Assembly (NCBI RefSeq): GCF_009914755.1
Contig: NC_060926.1
DNA length: 64,000 nt
Strand: one strand, 5' to 3'
DNA from: the human T2T-CHM13v2.0 reference genome, Homo sapiens
Shown here: positions 1 through 13,462 of the stretch, one piece after another
How the letters are laid out: every line of letters begins with the position of its first letter
Position numbering within the stretch: the stretch's first letter is position 1
Translations under genes and position numbers: made by a program
Notes under the pieces: generated by a model
The model's database searches: none
The model's input: the letters and a program-made list of their open reading frames with translations, nothing else
What the model was told of the DNA's origin: nothing

Positions 1-914
1 ATAAAGTGAATTAATTACTTAAATATTTAACACTATTGAATAGAAATAACTTCCCCAATATTGCTTCATGATTTAGACAGTCTATTAAATGTTTAAGCAA
101 GGCACTAGACTAAGTTTATTAAGACAAATTTTGGAATATGTGCAGAAATATGACCTGGCTAATAGTACAGAGTCAAAGCTGGTTGAATGGTGTTATATAG
201 TGGATTCAGATTGATGTGGCAGTGGTGGTTACACTAGGGGCACTAAGGTTATCCCTACTGGCACTCTGAGGACTCTATTCTCTACCACACTTTTTTCCAT
301 TAAAAATACCAAGTAGATTAATATCATATTTGTAGATAACACAGGGATAGAATTACATACGAGGAGAAAATATAGCTTACTTATATCCATGTACTAAAAT
401 GGAAATCAGAAGCATTTCTCTTCCTTTGACTCCTCATCTCTACTTTCTCTTCAGTAATCCATACTATAAATGACATCACCATTCACCTAGAGTCTTCTCA
501 TGAAAATCTGGGAAGCAGTCTTGACTCCAGTCGTGCCCACATCTTTGTAACTAATCAACCAACAAACCCATAGACCCTAACTCCTTAGCACATATCAAAT
601 CTATTACTTATTTTTCACCTCTGATGTTAGGAAAATAGTGTAAGCTTCTGGTATCTTTCTTGACTAAATAATTGTTGCTATGCTGTTTTCTTATCTTTGG
701 TTCTGCATTTTTTAAATCTGTTCTCTTGCCAGAATAATCTTTTGAAACAACCAATCTGATCCTGTTCCTTAAGTCTTTCCATCATCTTGACCTTTATCTG
801 TTTCTCCAGTTTCATCCTTTAGGTTCCCTTGTTGCATTAATACTCAATTGCTTGCAACCTGCATTTCTCTTACATACTTACATTATGCTTCTGCCTGAAA
901 TGTGTCTACCTATG

Positions 915-2075
915 CTAGACAAATATAATGGCACCACAATGATGTATAAATCTTAATCTCCAGAACCTGTGAATAGGTTGGATTACATGTGGATTACATG
1001 TGTTGCGGCTCAGAACATACCCCAAAGTATGGCACCCTGGCATGCTGAGTACTTGGAACTGAAGGAAATTGGAAAAGCCTCAGAAACAAGGTCTCTGACC
1101 TTTTCCTGCCCTCCTCTCTCACACCCCTCTTTCTCCCCAGAAGCAAGTCATAGCAACCAGAATTGCATTTCTCCAAGGTCTGTCTAGAAACTAAAAGTCT
1201 TCTCCCCTAAAGTAAGCCATAAAATGTAGAAAGGTCACTCTCTCCCTTTTCCCTTGAAGACTCTCATTGCCCTATACTCTGGAGGGAAAAATGCTACAAA
1301 GAGAAGAATCTGAAAAAAACCAAAAAACCAAAAAAAAAAACAAAAAAATAAACCAACCTTTCTGGATTTCCCCCCTCAGTCTATTACCATTAGATTATAC
1401 TCTTTTGTCCAATCACATTTCTACATGGCGGTTCATTCTTCACTGAAACTCAGTATAAAAAGTACACAGTTTTCCCTGGGTATTTGGGTCTTCAACTCTG
1501 AAAGTGCCTGTGTTACATGAAACTTTGATTAACTAAGTTTGTTATACTTTTCTCTTGTTAATCTGTCCTTCATTACAGCAGTGTTGGCTGTGACCTTTAC
1601 GAAGGGTGAGAAAAAGATGCCCTTATTCTTTTTGCCCTTAAAGATAGCAAAGGCAATTAAGGTTGAAGATGTTAATTACGTTTGCTAATCAGCTGACCTA
1701 ACTATAGGGTAAGAACCCTGGACCCAATGTTGTCACAAGCTCCTTACAAGTGGAAGAAAACAGCAGAAGAGGAGTCAGAGGAAAATGTGACTACAGAAGA
1801 ATGGTCTGAGAGATGCAAGGTTACTGGCTTTGAAGATGAAAGAAAGGAGTCACCAGCCAAGGAATATAGGCAGCCTCAAAAAAGATAGAAAAGGAAGAAA
1901 GCAGATTCTTTGCAAGTGCTTCTAACAGAAATGCACCATTGATGACAAATCAAATTTACCCCAGTGGGATCCATGCCAGACTTCTGACCTACAGAAGAGT
2001 GAGATAATACATTCACGTTGTTTAAGCTATTACATTTGTAGTAATTTGTTATGGCATCAATAGAAAACTAATACA
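915..2075 (+). mobile_element. MaLR LTR (MLT1D/E-like), split by the MER31-like LTR
   Basis: ctaatcagctgacct... and terminal atagaaaactaataca. Confidence 0.7.
1001..1642 (+). mobile_element. ERV1 solo LTR, MER31-like, inserted into an MLT1 LTR
   Basis: TGTTG..GCTCAGAA..TACCCCAAAGTATGG start typical of MER31. Confidence 0.75.
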
Positions 2076-2497
2076 CTACAATGTCACTCTAGCCAACACT
2101 CATCACTCAACAAGACTCAGCTAATGAAGAATGTTGGTTTCTGTAAATAACTTATATTACAGGGCTTTTAACTATTGATGAGACTTCCATGTAAAAATGT
2201 ATTCACCTACTGAGCTATAAATCCCTCTAGAACAAATACCAAGCCTTATTTATGTTTGTATTCACAGCATCTTGCATAGGACCCTTAGTAGATAATTTAC
2301 TACTTTTAATGATTGAAGGTAGAATTGAATAGTAATGTTTCATGTTTTAAAGTGGGCTGACAACATCAACTCTTGAGTAGAGTACAGAAAGGCTGACTTA
2401 TGAGCAGTTCATGTGGAAAAACTTAGAGATTTCAACTGACTAAAAGTTCAGTATGAATTGATAAAACAGTAACACTGACAAAAATACATACACACAT

Positions 2498-2528
<31 letters not shown>

Positions 2529-2810
2529 ACCACACCCCTACCTTTGATTTTAGATGGCATTAACAGAAGTATTATTTCCAAAACCACAGAATGCTTCCAT
2601 TTTACTATGCCTTGCTCAGATACCCAGGGATAGTATAATTAATTTTAGACTTGGCTTTAAGAGGTATCCTGACAATTAGAGCATGCCAAGATTAGGAGAA
2701 GGAGACAACCAGCAAAGAGATGGTAAGGTCTTCAGCACTGTGAAGGATGGTTTGAAAGAACCAAAAAATAAAATATGGAAGAGAAAAAATCTGAATTTGG
2801 GTATAGGAGT

Positions 2811-3170
2811 TGCTATGGTTTGAATGTGTTCCCCAAATTTTGTGTGTTGAAAACTTAATCCTCAAATTAATACGCTGACTGGAAGTGGGTCCTTTAGGAG
2901 GTAATTAGGATTAGATAAGGTCATCAGTATGGAGCCCCCTTCATGGGACAGGTGGCTTTAAGAAGAGGAAGAGAGACCTGAGCTGGCAGGGACTCTCTTA
3001 CCCTCTCACCATGTGATGCCCTCCACATGTTATGATGCAGCAAGAAGGCCCTCACTGGTTGCTAGTGCCATGCTCTTCGACTTCCCAGCCTGCAGAACTA
3101 TAAGAAATAAACTTATTTTCTTTATAACTTACACATTTATGGTATTTTCTTATAGCAACAAAAAATAAAG
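2811..3170 (+). mobile_element. MaLR LTR (MLT1A/MST-like)
   Basis: tgctatggtttgaatgtg start; gacttcccagcc..gaaataaa end. Confidence 0.8.
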
Positions 3171-5090
3171 ATGGGGTGGAGAAATATATTTATAGAAAGT
3201 ATTTTTTTAAGTAAATGAGAAATTAGACATAATGTTTTTAACTCTAGAGAAATTGAAAACAGAGCACAGCACATCGGATAAATTCAATAACTATCTTAAG
3301 AATCAGCAAAACAACATGCAGATGGCTGATTGGCAATAGTTTCAGTAGGCAGATTTTGATTAAAATAAAGAAAAACTTTTTAATAATTAAACCTCTCCTT
3401 AAAACATTATGACTTTATGAGGTAACAAGGTAACAAGTACAGCCTTCTGAAAGCATAAACAGCGTTTACATCATCACCCATTACTTAACTAGCAGAGGAG
3501 TTTGTTTGAATAGGCATTTGGACTAGGAGACTTCTAAAGATTTTGTCAAATTTGTGACTTCATTATTTGTTAATTAAGTCCCTCTCCATTCTAAAGCAAT
3601 TTCTGTGATTTTTCTGATTGTGGTAGACTTCACAATTATACTGATTTAAAACACATTACCATGTACTTTCTGGCTCCTAGTAAATTGCTATTCACTTAAG
3701 TGTTATCTCTGAGTCCTAAAGTGTTAACAGACCTACCAAATTATGTGAGGAATCTCGCCTTCCCCCACACCCCAACAAGCTTAATTTTCTCTTGAATATT
3801 TATCTCACTCTCTCATAACTTTCATATAATTTCAAACTCTCCAAAACACACCCAAAAAGGGAGCTGAAGGACAGGAAGGGATTATATATTTTTTCCATGG
3901 TATATTCTCTTCTAATGGAGAAAGGCAATTAGGCAAAACAAGTTAAAAGCAAGCTAAGCTTTTTCTTCTTGAGCAGTGTAGAACAAAAGGCTTTATCTGA
4001 TTTATGCTAAAACTAGTTCATTGCAAGCAGGATCTTAATACCCTAATCAAAGAAATTTAAAAATAAATTAAAGAAAACATCTCACCTTTGTTACTTAGAG
4101 GCAAAAATTACGACAAAATTATTTCCTGGTCAGCATTCTTAGACTAGCCTCAGCTATTTTTTTTTTCTTGAATTAAGAATAATGAAAATCACCATAAAAT
4201 GAAACAAAAAAAATGTATCACAAAAATATTTTGCAATTCTCTTTCTGCCCCCTTCCATTTTACTTCCTTTCTCAACATTTGGGATTTAATGAGCTTTAAA
4301 AATATGTATACAAAGGATAACTGTCTTTGACTTTTTTGATCTTTCCTCCATGTAGTTTGTGATTTAAAAAGTTAGTTGTTTCCTTTGAAAATTAATTTTA
4401 TTTGACTCATCATTAGACACCCAATACTCTGCCACATGTTCCACTATTGTGCATTCACTATTCACTAGAAATACATTACACACTTTACCGATATTCATAT
4501 ACTTCATCCCCATAGCTAAAAGAGATTTTTAGATTTTACTATCTGTGCTTTACAAATGAGACAAATGAGTTTCAAAGAGGCCAGATAACTTTCCCAAAGC
4601 CACACAGCAGATACATCATGAATCTAGGGTCTAAATGTGGGTCTACTTAACTCCAGTCTCCATGATCCTTGGCTATGCTTGTGCAACAAGATTTCCTCAG
4701 CATCTTTCATGTACCAAGCTCTACCCTTAATTCAAAACTGAAAATATCAAAGCCCCTGCCTTCAGGGGTATCACATTCTAACAACAGTGACTGACCAATA
4801 ATAAATGCAATCCAGCTAAAGAACTTTATAATAGAGGTAAATATTAGGTATAATGGTGTTCCTAAAAAAAGAATAATCCACCTTTCCTAGTTTGGGGTAG
4901 GAGTGCCAGTGTGCGCAATGACTGAATATATACTGCTAACAGCTAATCTTTGACCAAAAAAGTAAGATTCAGTCTATCATTGGATTCTGCTTCCTCTATA
5001 ACTCCAGGAATCAGCCATGCCAAATGTGCTAAGGGCTTCCAACTCTGCACAGATCTCACTGGGGCTAACTCAAGGGCTGGACAATGCCAT

Positions 5091-6722
5091 CTGACAAGTT
5101 CCACTGACATTAAAAAATACTTGTCTGGTGTCCCCTATCATCAAATCCCTCCTTAAGAACAGATACATCAGTTAAAATTATGTGGCACTTTCAAATACTA
5201 TCATCATGATTTATTGCAACAGATGGGACCACTGAGAGATTTATCTTTGGCAAGGGGATAATTTTTGGATCCCCCTCAAATCACATGCAATATGTAACCA
5301 TCTATGAATAGAGCTTCCCTAGACCCTAAAGTTGCCCTCTCAGGCTGCTGTCATTACTCTTTCACATCTATTTCTACTTGGAGAAATGAGTAACACCTTG
5401 CTCTTGCAGTGACAACATTACAATCTCGTGTTCTTGTCCCCATAGGAGCTTGACCTTATCACCCTCATCACTCTCTCCCTGCTTTTTCTTGTATTCACAC
5501 TAATCTTTCAACCACTTCCTTTATAGTTTTTTTTTTAAATCTTACCATACATTTCCATATAATTTCTATACCTGAGTCTGTCATTTCTGAATGTCTAATA
5601 AGAATACTGTCTATTATTTTTCAGTAGAATCCATGGACCAAATTTCTACCCCAATAAAGCCTGAATTTTGTACATACAACATATTCTTGTTTTATTTAAT
5701 GGTTCTTTCTCCACAATTTCCAGAAAAAAGGGTCATTATCATCATCCTTTTCCATTGCATCAAGATATATTTGTGCCAGATTTTAAACGTGAGCTCAGTA
5801 TTTGCTGTTTAGCTTTTCCTTGTCTGGATCCTTTTTCCATTGTACATTATTGAGAATGATCCTAAAACATATTACAAAGTGTCCATAGGTGGGCATTACA
5901 TACAAAGTTTAAAAGTTGCCACATATTCAATTTGATTTTTGTTTTGTCTTTTTGTAAAGCACATGGTCTGAACTCTACACAATGAAAATTTTAATGACCT
6001 TTACAACAAGATTTGAAAGAGCTCAGTGACATCTTTACTAATGTGAAAACTGACAATTTAGTTTCAGGGATGAAGGGTAGATCTAATAGAATAACTACAT
6101 TTTTTTTCAGTCCTTTCATAATGGAGCAACTTCTTTTAAAGCAAGTTAATAATTATTCTTTTTATTATCAAAAAAAGTCTTTCAATGCAGAAGCATTATG
6201 AGGTGAGTTATCAAGTTGTACATGTCACTGCAAGGAAAAAACAAAAATCCTCACCATGAAGATTAAGTCCTCAGCTTTTGGAGGTCAAAGGTCAAATCAA
6301 TGAGTTGATAGCACTAGTCACAAAGTGACTGGGCATTAGATCTTCTGGGGGAAGGAGTGATCTCTTTTAAAGTACAGGATGCCAATCTGCCATAACCTAG
6401 TGAATAAAATCCTCTGTTAAGTTCCTTGAAAAATCTCTATTTTAGAAAATGCATCCCAGGTGATTGTGGGAGTTCCTCAACTTCAGAATTTAGGGAAGCT
6501 CTATACATAGAGGGTTACATATTGCATGTGATTTAAGATGGTACCAAAAATTATCCCCTTGCCAAAGATAAATCTCTCAGTGGTCCTGTCCTGTTGCAAT
6601 AAATCAAGATGATAGTATTTGAAAGTGCCACATATTTTTAACTGATTTATCTGTTCTTACACAGGGAATTGATGACATGGGACACTAGACAAGTATGTTT
6701 TAATGTGAGTGAAACATGTGAG
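5091..6722. repeat. Long inverted repeat; arms 5091-5334 and 6478-6722, ~88% identical, ~1.14-kb spacer
   Basis: Manual reverse-complement alignment: ~28 substitutions and 1 indel over ~244 bp. Confidence 0.95.
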
Positions 6723-7892
6723 TAACTGCTCTGGGCTGTCCCTCTGAGAACTACTAGGTAGAACAATAGTAATGATCTCAAGGTTTGCACTGATGTTTGA
6801 GCAACTGTTCAGATGTTCTGACAGGGAAGTGAGCTACTTGAACATGTTTGATTAAAGAATGGTTCTCCTATGGGCTTTCTCTCTATTCAGGGAATAACAT
6901 GCTTAAAGTAGTTAAACAAAAAAAAAAAAGAAAAAAAAAAGAAATAAACTGGAACCTAGCCTAATAACTGGCATTCGTTCTATAAATAATGAGGACAAAT
7001 GCCAAACCAAAGAGTCCTCACATTCATCAGTCTAGGTGTTGGCTTTCTTTGGGATCAATCAGCTTCTCTCTTCTTCCACCTCATTGGTCAGTGCAAATCC
7101 AACTGCTCTTTAAGACTCTTAACTTCAGCCAGTCCTCTGGAAAAGAATGCCACTGGTCACTGAAAGTACCGATGGGTCAGTGTAAATCCAACCACACTGC
7201 TGAGAAAACAATTCAAAACGCATTTCTGCTGACTGCCAGACAAGGTATTGTTTTATTTAAACAATAAACACCTGAAAGACAGCTGTTAAAAGCCATCACA
7301 TCATTCTTTTAGGTCAGTATAGCATCAAACATTATCTGTTCACTGAGTTTAGAGGAAGATTTCTGGCAGATTTTGCTACTAGCAATCTATGAAATCCTAT
7401 GGCTAACTTGTGAACTAGGGTTTCCCTGTGAAATGGAATCACAATTGGACAATTTAGGGATTTCCATCCCTCTAGCAGCAGTTTAGCCCAATCTAAATTT
7501 GATTGTTTCCTTAAATGGAGTAATTTAATTTTCTCCAAATGTCTACAGACTTTATAATGCCAAGTCCAGAAAATGAAAGGGAAAACTGGGTCAGTTTCCC
7601 AGGTAACTCAAGCCAAAGAATAAAATATTGCTTTGAAATTCCTTATAAAGCATAAGTTGTTTTAATTTTCTGAATTATCTTATTCATTGTCTCAGTAGTG
7701 TAATTGTATAGTCTATACCTGGGTTATGCAATAAAATAGTATTTTAAACATGAAAGAAAATATTAGTCTCAGTTCATAGTTCTTTGAATATCCCTGCATT
7801 TTACCTGTTTGAAAGTTAACACGAATAATTAATAGAGAGTACTTCAGCTGCTCCTATTGTGAATGGACTATCATGGGGTCGTAGGTACATGG

Positions 7893-7946
7893 CAAACAAG
7901 CCAAACAGAAAGGGAGAACTGCAGTTTTGTGCAATAGGCATTTATA
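7893..7946 (-). terminator. Candidate poly(A) site: TATAAA variant plus U/GU-rich downstream element
   Basis: Minus-strand TATAAA at 7941-7946, followed ~25 nt later by ttctccctttctgtttggcttgtttg. Confidence 0.5.
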
Positions 7947-8362
7947 TAAGTAGGTATAATATGAATGCAAAAGAATACATCCTGAAAATGGTAGCTATTA
8001 TTATACATGTGGCTACATTTCTTAATATAAACCGTGAAAACAACCATTCTGAAAAGCTGTGCCTTTACACCACATGTAACAGTCCCACATAAAGCAGAAT
8101 CTCCTTGGTGATTACAGTAATAATGACTACGATTGAATGAAACCCTTTAGCTCTCACTCTCTTTTCGAAAGGACAAGTAATAGGACATACATTTTAAGCA
8201 AAATATGGCCTCAGGCACTGTAGTACTGTTGATGCTTTTTAATTCGAAGATTTCCTACCATTGTAGTTCTTCAGCACAGGTTCTATGGCTTAGGACAGCC
8301 GGCTGTGGACCTGGACGCACTGATAAGTCATCTACTTGGACATACAATAATGTATCTGTGTG
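7920..8362 (-). other. Terminal exon (short coding end plus 3'UTR)
   Basis: Acceptor ttttctttctcag|CACACAG at 8362, no strong donor noticed before the poly(A) signal; phase-1 reading AHRYIIVCPSR* (stop 8328-8330); phase 0 HTDTLL...ELQW*; phase 2 xTQIHYCMSK*. Confidence 0.65.
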
Positions 8363-11300
8363 CTGAGAAAGAAAAATCAAAGGCTTTTGGGTGTTTATGC
8401 CTACTTGATGATCTCGGAAGAATGAATCAATTTATATTTATTTTAGTGAAAGATAAGCTACATGACCATAAAATATAAGATCTACTTCATTTTTTGAAAC
8501 TTTCCATCACAAATTGCCAAAAGATCCTTCCTGAAAACGTCGCAATGAATCATGCTATTCAGAAGCCAAACTTCCAGGATCCTCTTCCTGTTACTTGTAT
8601 AGACACAGAGACATGCAAAGATTAATTACTGTCCCTTTCTTAAAGAAATATTCATTTAAGACTGAGATAATTAGAAAAATGTGAAAAGAAACCTTTGACC
8701 ATCAGTGGTTGTGAAAGTGGTTTTTAAATCTTTTCCAAAATTTCTAGAGGCTTCTTGCATTGGACAGGGAATGAGAAAGATAAAAAGTGTCAAATCTGAG
8801 GCCACTTGACCCACAATACGATACAAAAACTTTTTTGTTTTCGTTGACTTTGTTTATTCTTCATAGAAAGATTTACCTTGGAGCAAAAAGGAAAAAGAAA
8901 TTTAAAAATTAGTGTACTATGAGAAAGAAAAAATATCCAAAGTAAAACCCAAAGGAAACTTGACAAACTTGTTTAGCTAACCAACCAGTTGATCATTAAA
9001 CAAGAATTTATTGAGTATCTATTTGTGCCAGTCACTGCTCTAGGGACCCTTGAGACACATCAGGGCAGGGTAGAGATTTCTGCCTTCACCAGATTCCTTC
9101 CTCTGGTGAAAGGAAGACAAATAAACAAAATAAATGAGAATTTTTTTAAAGTATGTTAAAAGATAGTAATTTCTATGAAGAGAAACTAGATCATGGTATG
9201 GAAGTTCAGGAGACGGCCAAATTGCAGTATTAAGCAGGGTGGTCGGTTTTAGTCTCCTTAACATTTTTAGCAAAATCTTGAAGTATGTGAGAATACTAGC
9301 CAATTATTTAACTATTTCAAGATAATTATATGTTATTTTTCCAATATAGACACCTCAGAAATATATCTACTTAGCTTTTCCTTGAAAATGTGGTATTCAG
9401 ATAACTAGGTGTCAGCAGTCTCAACTATATATCATTCTGTGAAGTCATTAGTATGGCAAAACATTAATTTACAAAAAAAGTTTCATCTCATTGGTACCTC
9501 CAGTCCATGAAAAAATGTCTATCTCCCTGCCTCCTTCAACCAATAAATTTGCATCTGAAAACCAGCATTTTACCAATGATTTCCTAGGGTTGCTCAAAGT
9601 GGAGGCAAGCCTATTTCATCCTCATTATTGTATGTAAGATAAATGTTAAAGTGTAAAGAGTAACAGATATCTAAATAATTTTGATTGAGGATAATCAATC
9701 TTTAATACTTTTTTGTACAAATGTTCTCTGTAGTACGGATCATCAGGACATGGGTGTCTAGTTAGTTTCAACCAAAGACAATGCCAGAATCATAAATAAT
9801 AGGGTATTAATATGATGGAAAGAAGATATTAAGATAATGATACTGTTTTTGTTAAACCTTTGGCAGATTACAGATCAATCGTTTTAAAATCATTTAATCC
9901 AAATGCACACGGTATCTTTTCCTTATTGTCACCATTAATAAAAAGCCTCCTCTATGCACTTTTGCAATTTGTCATGTAACATTAGCCTCAGTAATTGAGT
10001 ATTTTTATTAATCCATATTACAGATCATAAGGTTTTGATATTTGAGGCTAAATTATTTACTCAAGGTCAGTAAGGAACAAATCTGGAATATGAACCCAGC
10101 TCTTATGACTTCAGGACTATTACCCATCAGTTACAAGGTGGAGTTTTACTCCCTCAAATGAAAATCTTGATAATGAGAGACACCGGCATTCTAGATAAAA
10201 ATCTGTGAATGGTTTCCTTTATACTACCACTAAATTTATTGACTAAGAATAAGAAGATGAAACTCTGTTTCATGATTATTAGTGTTTAACTGAAGAAAAA
10301 TCTTTGAAGTCTCCTTAAGGTTGGCTATTCTATATTATGATAGTTATTTTGGTTCAAAATTGTACAAAGTTTTGCCTATCATAATAAGCAGCGTCACCTT
10401 TCATGCCTTGTAACACAAAGAGGGACAATATTATATTATTATATTTTTAGAAGATCTCTAATATTCTTCTCTGCTCCAAAATGTTATGATTCTAATTAAA
10501 GATCCAAATTTATCTAGTTTAAGAGCTAAAGACTATAGAAAATTACATTGTTTTTTAACCTCTGACCAGCACAATTTAGGAAATAGCCTCCTATCAAGCC
10601 TAAAAGTGTTGATGGTTGTTAAAAATCTAGATTAAAAAAGTACATTTGCAAATGTATAAATAACATAAAGTCATTATTTTGGAGAAGAAATAATCAGTTT
10701 AACCTCCATTATGTCATAATTTGAAAGTTTTGCTATTTGCAACATATTTCAGTAAAACGCATCTAAGTTTCTATTCATACCACCTCATTTTTTAAACTAT
10801 TAAAGTACAGAGAGTCCTTTCTGTGCTCCTCTCTGAGGATAAGTTAGTCTACAACAAGTTTAGTAAAAGTCTTGTTTAGATGATCAGTTTTTCAATGTTA
10901 TCATTGTTTAAGGAATGTATAATGACACAGAAAACTTTGCTTCACAGAGCCAGGATTACAGAAATACATTCAAGCTGGGACTTTTATTAGTAATACATGT
11001 AACAAGATTGGTTAAATCACAGCAAGAGATAATACATAAGCATATACTCTTCAATTAGTTTTTCTTGGTTCTACTCAGAACTAATGAACATGTAAGCTAA
11101 AGATGAACTAGTAAACAAACATTGAATTCTAAATAGTCACATAGCCTTCTATGTGTACTGTATAGATAAAAGTAGATATTTAATGTCTGATATTATAAGG
11201 TGAAACTCCGGTCTTCCCACGGTCTGCGGCTGTGAGTTAAGGGGATCCAGTATTGCAAGAGTAGAGGTAACACAGTAGAAAATTTAAACAAATATTCTTA

Positions 11301-11629
11301 CTTCTTAGTTTGTATATGCACCAAACACAGGCATTTCAACAGTAAGGGTCTGTCAACATTCACAAACTTTTCTGAACAAACAGATGACTTATTATTATGA
11401 AACTAAATGAGGAAATACAATTTAAGAATTTATACAGAAGAAGATACATATCATATTTTAATAACCAAATTAGGTCTATATCAGAAATCACAGCAAAATA
11501 TATTTTAAAAAGCATAAAACAAATATGCATTAGGATTTTAGTAACTGGAAGTTGTGCACTTCACAGACAAATTCGCTATATAGCAACACAGGACTTGAAA
11601 ATGGTATAAAAATAAAAATCATGGAAACT

Positions 11630-11989
11630 GTGTGATCTGAATGTTGTATCTTTCCAAAATTGATAAACTGAAATCCGAACCCACAAAATGACGGATTAGG
11701 AGAGGGGGATTTTGGGATTTGATTAGGTCCTGAGGGCAGAGCCTTTATGAATGGGATTGCTGTCCTTATAAAAGACACTCCAGAGAGCTCTCTTTCTCCC
11801 TTTCAAGTGAGGACACAAAGAGAAGGTAGTGATCTATGAACCAGGAAGCAAAATCTCACTGGACACCGACTGTGTCAGCCCTTGGTCTTGGACTTCCCAG
11901 CCTCCAGACGTTTGAGAAATAAGTTTCTGTTACTTACAAGCTACCCAGTTTATGGTATTTTTATATAGAAGCCCAAATGGACTAAGACA
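11630..11989 (+). mobile_element. MaLR LTR (MLT1A-like)
   Basis: ttggacttcccagcctccaga...ggactaagaca terminus. Confidence 0.75.
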
Positions 11990-13448
11990 AAGACAAAAGA
12001 AAATGTATTAAAAAAACACCAAATGCTTTATTCTTTTCTAAGTATTAATAATATCAAATCTATTATAAGAGTAAGTTTAATGAAATATTATTGTGGTATG
12101 ACAGTATAGATAAAAATTTAAAGCACATGGTAATATTAGATATTACTCATCAATTAGTTCAGGTGGAAGAGTTGTATCCAGGTCTTAACAATTACAATTA
12201 GCTTTAACAATTAGTTTTGAGAAAAATCTATCTTTATTACTTTTATAAATTATACTAATTTAAGATCTACTCTTCACAAAGAGAATAAGGCTTATGCACT
12301 TTCAGAATGTGTAACTATATTCTTTTCAGTTCTACTTGTAATATTTTGCTCTTCTAGTAACATGAGAAGCCTGGATAATTAAACAGTAAATGTCCATTTG
12401 ACTCTTTAAAATGGACAGTTGAAACCACCGCCCCCAAACAAATACATTTAAGTCATGAAAATCGCAAATTCAAGATACAATAAGAAAAATGTTCTGGAAA
12501 TACAATGGTCAAAGAGAAAGACAAGCTTTCTGCCCTCATAGAGCTTACACTCTACTAGGAAAAGTTAGCATTAAGTATAATCACAAATACAAATATGTAA
12601 TTACAATTATGATGACTTATGAAGGAAAAGTACAAGCCTCCAATCAAAGTGCCAACATTCGCTGATAATTATTAACTTGTGCTCCTGAGCTATTAACCAG
12701 CTATTATGGCTTGATTTTCATGTATAACATATTTTGACTTTTTTGTAATTTAAATAGTCATTCATTTCTGATAAGCCATTAAAGTAAAATATAAATAAAC
12801 AATCAAAGCAATTATTGGAATGAAGTGACCAGTTACACATACATAGGAAAAGAAACAAGAACAAAAGAGAAAAGACATACTTCATTCAAGGCAAACAGAT
12901 AAACCTAAATTCTAAATAGAAAGGAGAATAAAATTAGCATTATCAATGATCCTAACAACAACATCATTGACAAATTTCAAGCCCCAAAAAAATGTGATCC
13001 AAATTTCATGAAGACTATTTGAATCCATCTACCCACAACCAGCAAAAGTAAGGTTGGCTTTGAATAACAGATCTTCAGCTGCCCCAAAGAAAACTATAAT
13101 TCATTCAAAGTTTATTCTTAACCATATCCAGTTAAAGGTGACATATCTTTGTTTAGGAATGTAAAAAACACAAGTAACAGACTGACTCTAAAGTTTGAAA
13201 CAGGATGACTAATTAAAAATAGGAGGCACTATGGCCTATGAGAAGAATGAGTAAACTCGTGTTTAATTCATTGTGATTCTGCCAGCCCACAGCAGTGGTC
13301 TCTAACATGTCTCCAGCTGACTTCGCCATTTTTGTCATGTACACATGATAAGGGATTTTGCAGTTTCCAAACCCTGAGTTGTTATGGAGCACAGAAGGAT
13401 CAACATCAACTCTGTAAGGACACATCACAAAGTGAGACCAGTGCTTAC

Positions 13449-13462
13449 CTCGAGAGAAAGGA
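13449..13462 (-). CDS. 14-nt frameshifting microexon TCCTTTCTCTCGAG
   Basis: cttcttcatcctcctctcaag|...|gtaagc. Confidence 0.55.
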
